A DNA stretch of 64,000 nt from contig CAWJYU010000011.1 in NCBI GenBank assembly GCA_963847235.1, positions 9,242-73,241 on the forward strand, written 5' to 3'. A program made the translations under genes and the position numbers. Shown piece by piece: positions 8,806 through 22,526 of the stretch. Below the pieces are notes generated by a model. The model did no database searches. It was given only the letters and a program-made list of their open reading frames with translations, and had not been told where the DNA came from. Origin of the DNA: an uncultured Actinomycetes bacterium (lineage in GTDB: Bacteria; Actinomycetota; Thermoleophilia; Gaiellales; Gaiellaceae). Position 1 is the first letter of the stretch, and every line of letters starts with the position of its first letter.

Positions 8806-9492
8806 TCAAGGACTGGGAATGACGACGACGAAGCGATTCGGCTCGGTCCCCTCGCTGGCCGTCTCGACCCCGGGTGCGTCCTCGAGCTCGACGTGGACGA
8901 TCTTCCGCTCGACCGCTGTCATCGGCTCGAGCTCGACACGATCGCCACGGCGCAGCGCGTCGTCCGCGGCTCGGCGCGCCATCGCGCCGAGCGACGCCTC
9001 TCGCCGGGCTCGATAACCCGCGGCGTCGACGATCGCCGGTGTTCCCGGCAGCCGGCGGGCCAGGATCGCGTTCACGAGGTACTGCACGCCGTCGATCGTC
9101 TGGCCGTGGCGCCCGATCAGCAGGCCAAGGTCGCGGCCGGAGCACGTGGCTACGACAGCGTCCTCCCGTTCGTGGATGTCGATGCGGCACTGGACCCCCA
9201 TCCCGGCCGTGATGTGCGTGACCAGCTCGCGCACGAGAGCTGCGACCTCGCTCTCGTCCGCCGGCGGCTTCTCGTCGGGCACGGTCGCCGCGCCGTCCTC
9301 GTCGACCGTCGCCACCACACGGGCCGGCGAGTAGCCGACGCCGAGCAGGCCGCGCTCGCCCTCCGCGACCACCTGGAAGTGCACCGCCGACTTGTCCAGA
9401 CCGGGGCTCAGGCGCTCGAGCTCACGAAGGGCCGCCCACTTCGCCTCGCCGACGGTCTCGCCCGTCGCCTCGACGCTGAGCTCCCCGGTCAC
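8806..9492 (-). CDS. jag: Jag/KhpB RNA-binding protein (KH + R3H domains)
   Basis: KH-like LLIGRHGQTIDGVQYLVNAIL and an R3H-type C-terminus ...MTAVERKIVHVELE... Follows yidC, the conserved synteny. Confidence 0.85.
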   Translation of the reverse strand: MTGELSVEATGETVGEAKWAALRELERLSPGLDKSAVHFQVVAEGERGLLGVGYSPARVVATVDEDGAATVPDEKPPADESEVAALVRELVTHITAGMGVQCRIDIHEREDAVVATCSGRDLGLLIGRHGQTIDGVQYLVNAILARRLPGTPAIVDAAGYRARREASLGAMARRAADDALRRGDRVELEPMTAVERKIVHVELEDAPGVETASEGTEPNRFVVVIPSP

Positions 9493-10337
9493 CTCCTGGC
9501 GCCCTTCCTCTTCTTCTTCCGCTTGACGCGGCGGGCCTGTCCCTGAGGCTTCTGCGCCTGCGCTGCGGCCTCCGGCTCGGCAGGAGCTGCGCCGTCCTCC
9601 TGCTCGCTCTTGGGAGGCGTCCGCGACGAGCGCTTCACGGGCTCAGGCATGGCCCTCTGACGCAGCCCACGGGTGGCAATCCCCTGCCCAACGGTCCAGA
9701 GGTTCGTCGTCATCCAGTAGATCAGCAGCCCGACCGGGAACACGGTGCCGCCGGGCGGGTCGATGATGAAGAACACAAAGACGAACGGGAGGATCAGGAA
9801 GATCACGCGCTGGCCCTTGCTCTGCGTCGGCATGAACCACGTCGACGCCACCTGGCTCGCCACGTAGACCGCGAGCAGCACGTAACCCGACCAATCCGCA
9901 GTGATGTTCGCGGTGATGTCCGGGACGAAGCCGAGCCAGCTCAGGCTGGACTCGGGGTAGAGCGGGTAGATCTCGTCGTCGAAGTCGCGAAGAACGAAGT
10001 AGAGCGCGAAGAAGATCGGGATCTGCGGGATGATCGGCAGGCACGAGGAGGCCGGATTGATCTGGTTCTCCTTGTAGAACTTCATCAGCTCTTCGTTCTG
10101 CTTTCGGCGATCGTTCTTGAAGCGCTTCTGGATCGCCTTCATCTCCGGCAGGTGCTGCTGCATCCGCTGCATCGAGTGGATCTGGCGGACGGTGAGCGGG
10201 ACGAGCAGCATCCGGACGGCGATCGTCAGCGCCACGATCGACCAGGCCCAGGTCAGCCCGAGCGTCGTGTGGAGCCACTCGAGCGCCCACGTGAGGACGT
10301 CCTCGATCGGCGTGAGGATGCTGAGAAGCCCGATCAT
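9489..10337 (-). CDS. yidC: membrane protein insertase YidC
   Basis: Starts MIGLLSILTPIEDVL... ATG 10337 overlaps the yidD stop (ATGA). Lys/Arg-rich tail. The longer ORF to 10385 is less likely. Confidence 0.9.
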   Translation of the reverse strand: MIGLLSILTPIEDVLTWALEWLHTTLGLTWAWSIVALTIAVRMLLVPLTVRQIHSMQRMQQHLPEMKAIQKRFKNDRRKQNEELMKFYKENQINPASSCLPIIPQIPIFFALYFVLRDFDDEIYPLYPESSLSWLGFVPDITANITADWSGYVLLAVYVASQVASTWFMPTQSKGQRVIFLILPFVFVFFIIDPPGGTVFPVGLLIYWMTTNLWTVGQGIATRGLRQRAMPEPVKRSSRTPPKSEQEDGAAPAEPEAAAQAQKPQGQARRVKRKKKRKGARR

Positions 10338-10561
10338 CGAAACAGGCGCTGGTCCTCGGCCTTGTCCACGCCGCCGTGGCTCCATGGATTGCAGCGGAGC
10401 AGCCGCCAGCCGGCGAGGATCGTCCCGCGAATGAGCCCGTACCGGCGCAGTGCGTCAAGCGCGTACTGCGAGCAGGACGGGTGGTACTTGCAGGTCGCGG
10501 GGAACAGCGCTCCGAGCGTGTAGCGGTAGGCGTAGACGCCTGCAATCCCGACGTACCTCAT
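10334..10561 (-). CDS. yidD: membrane protein insertion efficiency factor YidD
   Basis: CKYHPSCSQYALDALRRYG...LLRCNPWSHGGVD. Confidence 0.9.
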   Translation of the reverse strand: MRYVGIAGVYAYRYTLGALFPATCKYHPSCSQYALDALRRYGLIRGTILAGWRLLRCNPWSHGGVDKAEDQRLFR

Positions 10562-10908
10562 GCTCGTGCCTTGCCCAGGATTTCCTCGAGACGCCCGCGC
10601 ATCCAGTCGGGCCCGCGGCTCTCCTCGGCCTCGCCGAGCGGCGCGCGGACGAGCAGCACGTAGTCGCTCCCCGGCGGAACTTCGTCGAGGAGCTCGCGCC
10701 AGCCTTCGCGGAGACGCCGCTTGATCCGGTTTCGCGTCACGGCGCTGCCAATCTTCTTCGGGATCGCGATCCCCAGACGAACGTCGCCGTCCTCGTCGTC
10801 CTCACGATCGAACCGGTAGAGGACGAGATAGCGCGTCGCGACAGACCGGCCGTGCCGGTAGACGGTGTCGAAGTCGCGCGAGCGTGAAAGACGGTTGCGG
10901 CGTTGCAC
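10558..10908 (-). CDS. rnpA: ribonuclease P protein component
   Basis: 116-aa basic protein between rpmH and yidD. Contains the RNR-type motif region ...AVTRNRIKRRLRE. Confidence 0.85.
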   Translation of the reverse strand: MQRRNRLSRSRDFDTVYRHGRSVATRYLVLYRFDREDDEDGDVRLGIAIPKKIGSAVTRNRIKRRLREGWRELLDEVPPGSDYVLLVRAPLGEAEESRGPDWMRGRLEEILGKARA

Positions 10909-10930
10909 GGCGGCGGGCTCTTGCCGCCGG

Positions 10931-11065
10931 CTAGGCGGAGAGGCGCTTCCGCCCGCGCGCGCGCCGCCGCTTGAGGATGGCGCGGCCGGCCTTGGAAGAC
11001 ATCCGCTGCCGGAAGCCGTGGCGCCGCTTCCGTCTACGCACGTTCGGCTGGTAGGTCCGTTTCAC
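10931..11065 (-). CDS. rpmH: 50S ribosomal protein L34
   Basis: GTG 11065. Encodes (M)[43 protein letters not shown]. Confidence 0.9.
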   Translation of the reverse strand: MKRTYQPNVRRRKRRHGFRQRMSSKAGRAILKRRRARGRKRLSA

Positions 11066-11395
11066 AGTTTCGAATGAGAAGAAGGGGTGTGGGACGCGCC
11101 TCGATCGAGGCGCCGCGCCAGTATAGAGAGACAATCTCGCATCAGTTTTTCCACAGCCTGAACGGGCAACACGCCGGGCGAAAACGTCCTGCGAGTCGCG
11201 CGTTTTCCCCAGTGAATACTGGTCAAGACCCGCCGCTTTCCACAGCTGTGGAGGGTGTTGGGGACATTGAAGAAATCCCTGCAAACAGCCATGTTTTTGG
11301 CCATCCCGAGGCTCCCGCGAAGCCTTTGAACCGCGTCCGCAACGCTGCTATGCTCGCCACTTTCCGGCAGCGCGAGGGAGGAACGAACAGTCAGC
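11066..11395. other. rpmH-dnaA spacer with DnaA-box-like 9-mers (oriC candidate / dnaA promoter region)
   Basis: TTTTCCACA 11147-11155. CTTTCCACA 11236-11244 faces inverted TGTGGAGGG 11247-11255 (TTCCACAGCTGTGGAG palindrome). Confidence 0.5.
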
Positions 11396-12748
11396 GTGGA
11401 GCGCCAGCAGTTGCTCACTGCAGAGGACTTGTGGACCGAGGTTTCGGAGCGCCTGCGGGCAGCCCTCAACGATAAGACCTACCGCACCTGGTTCTCACAG
11501 GCGGAGGGCGTCGACCTGTCGGACCAGTCGTTCGTACTCTCCGTCCCCAACGACTTCACCCGCGAGTGGATCGAGAGCCACTTTCTCGGGCTGATCAACG
11601 CAGCCGTCCGAGATGCAACGGGACACGAACGACGCATCAAGCTCTCCGTGAGCCATGTCGAGAACGGTGGTGGGGCCGGGGCGGAGGAGAAGGCCGAAGC
11701 CGAGGACCCGCCGCGGATCGAGGGCCTGAACGACAAGTACACGTTCGACTCGTTCGTCATCGGCTCGTCGAATCGCTTCGCCCACGCGGCCGCGCTGGCC
11801 GTGTCAGAGGCGCCGGCCCAGGCGTACAACCCGCTCTTCATCTACGGCGGCACCGGGCTCGGGAAGACGCACCTCCTCCAGGCGATCGGCCACTACATCG
11901 GCGAGCACTCGAGGGACCTGTCCGTCTGTTACGTGACGAGTGAGCGCTTCATGAACGACTTCATCAACTCGCTGCGCGACAAGCGGATCGAGGGCTTCAA
12001 GCAGCGCTACCGCACGTTCGGCGTCCTGTTGATCGACGACATCCAGTTCCTCGAGCACAAAGAGCGAATTCAGGAAGAGTTCTTCCATACGTTCAACACG
12101 CTCTACGAGGCCGGCAGGCAGATCGTGATCTCGTCGGACCGCCCCCCACGTCAGATCGCGACGCTGGAGCAGCGACTTCGCTCGCGCTTCGAGTGGGGCC
12201 TGATGACAGACATCCAGCCGCCCGACCTCGAGACGCGGATCGCGATCCTGCAGAAGAAGGTGCGGACGGACGGGATCCAGGTCGCGGACCCGCAGCTCCT
12301 CACGTTCATCGCGGGCCGGGTTTCGACCAACATTCGCGAGCTCGAAGGCGCGCTCACGCGAGTCGTGGCCTTTTCCTCACTGACGGGGCGTCCGATGACC
12401 GTCGACCTGGCCCAGGACGTTCTTCGCGACGTCTTCCCGCAGGGAGAGGCCGCGCAGGTCTCGATCGAGCGGATCCAGGACGAGGTCTCAGAGCGCTTCG
12501 GTCTCTCCAAGGAGGAGCTGATCGGCGACCGGCGCTCACAGAACATCGTCTATCCGCGGCAGGTCGCGATGTACCTCTCGCGCGAGCTCACGGACTCGTC
12601 GCTTCCACGCATCGGCAGGCACTTTGGCGGCCGCGACCACACGACGGTCATCCACGCGACCTCCAAGATCGCTCGGCTGATTCGCGAGGATCGCTCTGTG
12701 TACAACCTTGTGCAAGAGTTGACCGCACGCGTCAAGCAGGCCGGGTAA
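11396..12748 (+). CDS. dnaA: chromosomal replication initiator DnaA
   Basis: AAA+ Walker [20 protein letters not shown], and C-terminal domain IV ...[13 protein letters not shown]. Confidence 0.95.
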   Translation: MERQQLLTAEDLWTEVSERLRAALNDKTYRTWFSQAEGVDLSDQSFVLSVPNDFTREWIESHFLGLINAAVRDATGHERRIKLSVSHVENGGGAGAEEKAEAEDPPRIEGLNDKYTFDSFVIGSSNRFAHAAALAVSEAPAQAYNPLFIYGGTGLGKTHLLQAIGHYIGEHSRDLSVCYVTSERFMNDFINSLRDKRIEGFKQRYRTFGVLLIDDIQFLEHKERIQEEFFHTFNTLYEAGRQIVISSDRPPRQIATLEQRLRSRFEWGLMTDIQPPDLETRIAILQKKVRTDGIQVADPQLLTFIAGRVSTNIRELEGALTRVVAFSSLTGRPMTVDLAQDVLRDVFPQGEAAQVSIERIQDEVSERFGLSKEELIGDRRSQNIVYPRQVAMYLSRELTDSSLPRIGRHFGGRDHTTVIHATSKIARLIREDRSVYNLVQELTARVKQAG

Positions 12749-12906
12749 AACTGTGGATGTCTCGAGCGCTTCTTCCGAGCCCTGTGCAAAGCGGCTGTTT
12801 GTCCCCCGCGTGCTGTCCCCAGGCGGATCGCGCTCCCCGAGCGGAATCGCGTCGTCTTCCCCGGGATCCACACTCCCTACAACTACTACAAGCTTTTTCT
12901 TTCTAA
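12749..12906. other. dnaA-dnaN spacer with DnaA boxes and an AT-rich stretch (oriC candidate)
   Basis: TGTGGATGT 12752-12760, GGATCCACA 12864-12872, and AT-rich CTACAACTACTACAAGCTTTTTCTTTCTAAATG running into the dnaN start. Confidence 0.45.
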
Positions 12907-14040
12907 ATGCTAGAAGCAGAGACTGTGGTTACCGGCACGTCGCTGAAGCTCTCCGTGCTCCGAGAGGAACTGACCCGCCAGGTCGGCGTCGTGTCACGGG
13001 CCGCCTCCACGCGAACGACCGTGCAGGTGCTCGCCGGGTTGTTGCTCCGCGCCGGAGAGGGAAGGCTGGAGCTCGCCGCGACCGACATGGAGATCTCGCT
13101 GCGCTCGTCCCTGGAGGCGAACGTGGAGTCAGAGGGTGCGGTCGTCGTGCCGAGCAAGCTGCTGGCCGACCTGGTGCGGCTCCTCCCGGGGGACGACGTG
13201 TCGATCGAGCATCGCTCCGGAGAGGGCGTCGTGGAGATCGTCAGCGGCGCTGCGACGTACCGGCTGCACACCTACAACGCCGACGACTTTCCGCGCTTGC
13301 CGGAGGCGTCCACGGTGGAGTCGATGTCCGTGGATGCGGATGCAGTGCTCGAGACGGCGGCTCGCGTCAGTCGCGCAGCGTCGCGGGACGAGTCACGGCC
13401 GGTGCTGACCGGGATCCTCGTTCGCTTCGAAGGCGAGAAGCTCGTCATGGCCGCGACAGACTCGTACCGGCTCGCCGTCAAGGAGACGTCCATGGGGTCG
13501 AGCGGCCCAGAGCTCGATGCGATCGTGCCGGCGCGGGCGCTCGGCGAGCTGACGCGGATCACCCAGGGCGGCGAGGGCCTCGAGATCGGCGTGCTCGAGA
13601 ACCAGGTGATCTTCACGACCGACGGCGTGCTTCTCACGACCCGGCGCATCGAGGGCCAGTTCCCGAACTACAGGCAGCTGCTGCCCGAGACGTTCGAGCA
13701 CGAGTTGGCGCTCAACCGCGACGAGCTGCTCGAGGTCGTCCGGCGTGTGTCGGTGATGGCGCAGCGGAACGCACCCATCCGTCTGCGATTTGCCGAGGGC
13801 GAGCTCACGGTGTCGGCGCAGACGCAGGACGTCGGCGAGGCGCGCGAGACGATGCCGGCGCCGTTCTCCGCGGAGCCGCTCGAGATCGGCTTCAACCCCG
13901 ACTTCCTGCGGGACGGCATCGAGTCGGTCGAGGGCGACGAGGTGCGTCTGAAGCTGATCAGCTCACTCCGCCCGGCCGTGATCCAGGGCGAAGGCGACAC
14001 TTTCTCGTACCTGATCATGCCGATCCGCCTCGCCGGCTAG
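12907..14040 (+). CDS. dnaN: DNA polymerase III beta sliding clamp
   Basis: 377 aa. Canonical position after dnaA, with clamp-like three-domain length and C-terminus ...YLIMPIRLAG. Confidence 0.95.
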   Translation: MLEAETVVTGTSLKLSVLREELTRQVGVVSRAASTRTTVQVLAGLLLRAGEGRLELAATDMEISLRSSLEANVESEGAVVVPSKLLADLVRLLPGDDVSIEHRSGEGVVEIVSGAATYRLHTYNADDFPRLPEASTVESMSVDADAVLETAARVSRAASRDESRPVLTGILVRFEGEKLVMAATDSYRLAVKETSMGSSGPELDAIVPARALGELTRITQGGEGLEIGVLENQVIFTTDGVLLTTRRIEGQFPNYRQLLPETFEHELALNRDELLEVVRRVSVMAQRNAPIRLRFAEGELTVSAQTQDVGEARETMPAPFSAEPLEIGFNPDFLRDGIESVEGDEVRLKLISSLRPAVIQGEGDTFSYLIMPIRLAG

Positions 14041-14045
14041 CCGGG

Positions 14046-15110
14046 CTGATCGTCGAGACGCTCTCGCTCCGCGACTACCGCTCGTACTCGCGCCTCGAGC
14101 TCGAGCTCGAACGCGGGCTCGTGCTTGCAGTCGGGCCGAACGGCGCGGGCAAGACGAACCTGCTCGAGAGCCTCCATCTGGCGACTCAGGGCTTCTCGCC
14201 GAGGACGCGGACCGACGCGCAGCTGATCCGCTTCGGCGCCGACGCCTCTCGCGTGATGGTGGCCGGTGAGCACGGCGGGTCGCCGGTCGAGGTCGAGGTG
14301 AGGCTCAAGAGCGGCGAGGCGAAGCGGGCGCGGCTGAACGGCGGTGCACTGCGGGCCGCGGAGGAGCTCCGCACGCGGCTCCCGACGCTCGTCTTCACGC
14401 CGGACCGGCTGTCGATCGTGAAGGGCGGGCCCGCGGTGCGCCGCGCCTACTTCGACCGGTCGCTCGGACGGCTCTTCCCGAGCAGGTCCGCGGTCTCGAC
14501 CGACTACGGGGCCGCGCTCGCGCAGCGAAACGGCGCTCTCAGGAGGGTTGCCGCGGGCTTCTCGACGACAGAGGCACTCGAGCCCTGGACGACTCGGGTG
14601 TCGGAGTTGGGCGCCGCACTCGTCGCCGCCCGCCGCGAGCTCGTCCGGATGCTCTCGCCGGTGTTCGAGGCCGTTGCCGGCGAGCTTCGGCTCGAGGACG
14701 CCGAGTTGAGGTACGAGGGCGAGCCCGTCACCGCCGAGGAGCTCAATGGGCGGCTGGACCAGGACCTCGCGCGGGGGTTCACAGGGATCGGGCCGCACCT
14801 GCACGATGTCGCGGTGGTAGCCGGAGACCGCGATCTCCGGAGCTTTGGCTCGCAAGGCGAGCAGCGGCTCGCGGTGCTGTCGCTCCTGCTCGCGGAGGCG
14901 GATCTGCTCGTCGGGCGTGGTCCCGCTCCGCCGCTCCTCCTCCTGGACGACGTGCTCTCGGAGCTCGATCCTGAGCGCCGGGCGATTCTCGCGGCCCGGG
15001 TGAGACGGACCGGCGGCCAGGCGCTGCTGACCGCGACTTCGGCGGCGGCGCTGCCTGACACGCCGGACTTGCTCGTCGAGGTCAGGCCCGGCTCGGCGGT
15101 GTCGGCGTGA
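14046..15110 (+). CDS. recF: DNA replication/repair protein RecF (probable CTG start)
   Basis: Starts (L)IVETLSLRDYRSYSRLELE. Walker A GPNGAGKTNLLESL and signature FGSQGEQR. No ATG/GTG/TTG lies between the dnaN stop and the conserved N-terminus. Confidence 0.85.
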   Translation: MIVETLSLRDYRSYSRLELELERGLVLAVGPNGAGKTNLLESLHLATQGFSPRTRTDAQLIRFGADASRVMVAGEHGGSPVEVEVRLKSGEAKRARLNGGALRAAEELRTRLPTLVFTPDRLSIVKGGPAVRRAYFDRSLGRLFPSRSAVSTDYGAALAQRNGALRRVAAGFSTTEALEPWTTRVSELGAALVAARRELVRMLSPVFEAVAGELRLEDAELRYEGEPVTAEELNGRLDQDLARGFTGIGPHLHDVAVVAGDRDLRSFGSQGEQRLAVLSLLLAEADLLVGRGPAPPLLLLDDVLSELDPERRAILAARVRRTGGQALLTATSAAALPDTPDLLVEVRPGSAVSA

Positions 15111-15574
15111 AGCCTGAGCGCATCGGCCGGGACGTTCGGCGTGAGCTCGACCGGTTCGGCCCGGCCGGAGCGATTGCCGACGTCGTCGCCGTGTGGCCGG
15201 ACGCAGTCGGCGACTCGATCTCGCGGAACGCCTGGCCGGCTCGCATCGCGCGCGACGGAACGCTCCATGTGTCGACGAGCTCCTCCGCATGGGCGTTCGA
15301 GCTCGGGCTGCTCCAGGCCGACCTGCAAGAGCGGCTTGCCAAGCAGCTTGGAGACCGGGCTCCGGCGCAGCTCCGGTTCGCGCCCGGACGGCTGCCGGAG
15401 CCGCCCGCGCCCGACTCCGGCGATGCCGACCGACGTGCACCGGAAGTCACCGAGCAGCATCTGCAAGCGGGGGAGGAACTGGCCGCCGCGATCTCGGATG
15501 AAAACTTGCGCAAACTTGTTGCGAAAGCGGCCGCGGCAAGCCTCGCGAAGCCGCCGGACGACCGCTCTGTCTGA
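15107..15574 (+). CDS. dciA: DUF721 domain protein (DciA-like)
   Basis: ...WPARIARDGTLHVSTSSSAWAFELGLL... matches the DUF721 pattern. recF-DUF721-gyrB synteny as in other Actinomycetota. Confidence 0.65.
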   Translation: MKPERIGRDVRRELDRFGPAGAIADVVAVWPDAVGDSISRNAWPARIARDGTLHVSTSSSAWAFELGLLQADLQERLAKQLGDRAPAQLRFAPGRLPEPPAPDSGDADRRAPEVTEQHLQAGEELAAAISDENLRKLVAKAAAASLAKPPDDRSV

Positions 15575-15586
15575 TACACTGCCTCT

Positions 15587-20527
<4,941 letters not shown>

Positions 20528-20538
20528 TTTCCCGGTTC

Positions 20539-20557
20539 GCGAGGGTTTTTGCCTCGC
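20539..20557 (+). terminator. weak hairpin after gyrA
   Basis: GCGAGG-GTTTTTG-CCTCGC. No downstream T-tract. Confidence 0.3.
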
Positions 20558-20641
20558 ATTGCGCAGCTTTCCCTAGGCAAGCACGACCTTGCGCGTTACA
20601 TTGATTGGGCGATCCACTAACGAATCGAACGAGGGTGTCAT

Positions 20642-20956
20642 ATGGCTCCAAGCACACAAGCTGACCTGCTCGAGCCCATCGACCTGGCCGAGCACCTGGG
20701 GAAGGTCGAGCTCTATCTCGGGCAGGTCTGCCAGATCGCGGGCATCTCGAAGATGCAGCTCGACTACTGGACGAACAAGGCCCAGATCCCGACGAAAGGC
20801 CGCAAGCAGCGGATCTACGACATGGACGCCGTCGAGACCGTGATGCTGATCAAGCAGGCCAAGGACAAGGGTCTCAACCTCGGAGCCGCGATCGAAGCGG
20901 CGCGCCGCTTCCGCGAGCGGCAGCAGCCCGAGGCCGTGGTCAGCTCGTCGCCCTGA
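20642..20956 (+). CDS. small MerR/excisionase-like HTH protein
   Basis: Putative HTH LGQVCQIAGISKMQLDYWTNKAQIP. 104 aa. The family call is tentative. Confidence 0.5.
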   Translation: MAPSTQADLLEPIDLAEHLGKVELYLGQVCQIAGISKMQLDYWTNKAQIPTKGRKQRIYDMDAVETVMLIKQAKDKGLNLGAAIEAARRFRERQQPEAVVSSSP

Positions 20957-21750
20957 GCCGCTCGGCCGCCTGCTCGGGCGGCACGGCATTCACGTAGAGC
21001 CCAGCGCCGAGCTCGACTCCCGCGAGCGCGGTGAGGCGCGGGACGAAGTGCACGTGCTTCGGATCCGTGGCGTGGAGCCAAGCGTTCCACGCAAACGGCC
21101 CTTCGGCGTCGCGCACGCGGCCGGCGAGGTCGTGTAGCGCACCGAGCAGGTCGACGAGTGCTCCCCCCAGGACGAGGCTTTCGTACGGCGAGGCGCCCGC
21201 GTAATGAACGACAGCTACGGCCCCGTTGCGTTCGAGCACGTGCAGGTTGTCGTGCCGGAGCAGGTCGTCGAGCGCTCCGCGATCTTCCGCGACCACCGGC
21301 GGAGGCACTTCCTCCAGCACGACCAGTTGGGAGTGGCTGTGGGGGAGGCTCGAGCCAGCGAGCCGACCTTCGTTGATCAAGGCATGGACGTAGCCAAAGC
21401 CTTCGGCAGTCGCTGCGTCGATGCGGTGCTGCCAGCGCTTCGGCGATCGATTCGATCTGGCCTTCACCGAGATCCGCGAAGGCGCGGACGTGGTCGGGCG
21501 CATGGATGACGACCTCCTGGCGCTCGAACGCCGGGTAGAGGTTCGGGACGACCCGGACCCGCCAGGGATCCCCGATGCGGAGGGTCTCGGGCGGCGTGCG
21601 ATCCTCGCGGCCGGCGCAGAAGGGACAACGCTCGAGCTCCTCGGGCGTCGCCTCCTCCGGCGGCGGCAGCCAGGCTCCTGGCCGTCCCGCGCGGCCCGGC
21701 GCGAACACGACGCGGCGACCCGTCAGTGGGTCTTCGCGGATCTCCCTCAG
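20940..21750 (-). pseudogene. galactose-1-phosphate uridylyltransferase-like HIT-family protein with an apparent +1 frameshift
   Basis: The N-part (frame of ORF 20815..23841) reads DPLTGRRVVFAPGRAGRP...CPFCAGRE...VVIHAPDH...QIESIAEA. The C-part (ORF 20940..21503) reads WQHRIDAATAEGFGYVHALINEGRLAGSSLPHSHSQL. The frames join near 21438. The putative CTG start at 21750 overlaps the upstream stop (CTGA). Confidence 0.65.
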
Positions 21751-22517
21751 GAGGGGGGCGTCTTGCGGCCGGCTTCCAGGAACGGGCTGAAGAGCTCGAT
21801 GGGCAACGGAAGGATGATCGTCGAGGACCGTTCCGAGCTGATCTCGAGCATCGTCTGCAGGAAGCGGAGCTGAAGCGACATCGGATTTTCGGCCAGGACG
21901 AGCGCGGCATTCTTCAGCTGCTCCGAGGCCTGGAACTCGCCCTCGGCGGCGATGACCTTCGCGCGCCGCTCGCGCTCGGCCTCGGCCTGGCGCGCCATCG
22001 CGCGCTGCATCCCGCCCGGGATCTCGACGTCCTTGACCTCGACGATCGAGACCTTGACGCCCCAGGGCGAGGTGGCCTCGTCGATGATCCGCTGCAGGAT
22101 CTCGTTGATCTTGTCCCGCTCGGAGAGCAGCTCGTCGAGCGAATGCTGGCCGAGGACGCTCCGCAGCGTCGTCTGCGAGATCTGCGAGGTCGCGACCATG
22201 AAGTTCTCGACCTGCACGATCGCCTTCTCCGGGTCGATGATCCGGAAGTAGGCGACGGCGTTCACGCGGACCGGGACGTTGTCCTTCGTGATCACCTCCT
22301 GCGGCGGCACGTTGAGCGTCACCGTTCGCAGGTCGACGCGGACCATCTTGTCGATGATCGGGATCAGCAGGAAGAGGCCGGGCCCCTTGGGCGGCGACTT
22401 GAGGCGGCCGAGGCGGAAGATCACACCCCGCTCGTACTCCCGCGCCACCCGGATCGCTGCCGAGAGCAGCAGGATCAGCAGGACGGCGACAACCGCAAGG
22501 ACGATCAGCGCAGCCAC
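21747..22517 (-). CDS. SPFH/band 7 (stomatin-like) protein
   Basis: N-terminal TM segment followed by [14 protein letters not shown]... A coiled Ala/Glu-rich region [22 protein letters not shown]. Confidence 0.9.
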   Translation of the reverse strand: MAALIVLAVVAVLLILLLSAAIRVAREYERGVIFRLGRLKSPPKGPGLFLLIPIIDKMVRVDLRTVTLNVPPQEVITKDNVPVRVNAVAYFRIIDPEKAIVQVENFMVATSQISQTTLRSVLGQHSLDELLSERDKINEILQRIIDEATSPWGVKVSIVEVKDVEIPGGMQRAMARQAEAERERRAKVIAAEGEFQASEQLKNAALVLAENPMSLQLRFLQTMLEISSERSSTIILPLPIELFSPFLEAGRKTPPS

Positions 22518-22526
22518 GCCCAGATC

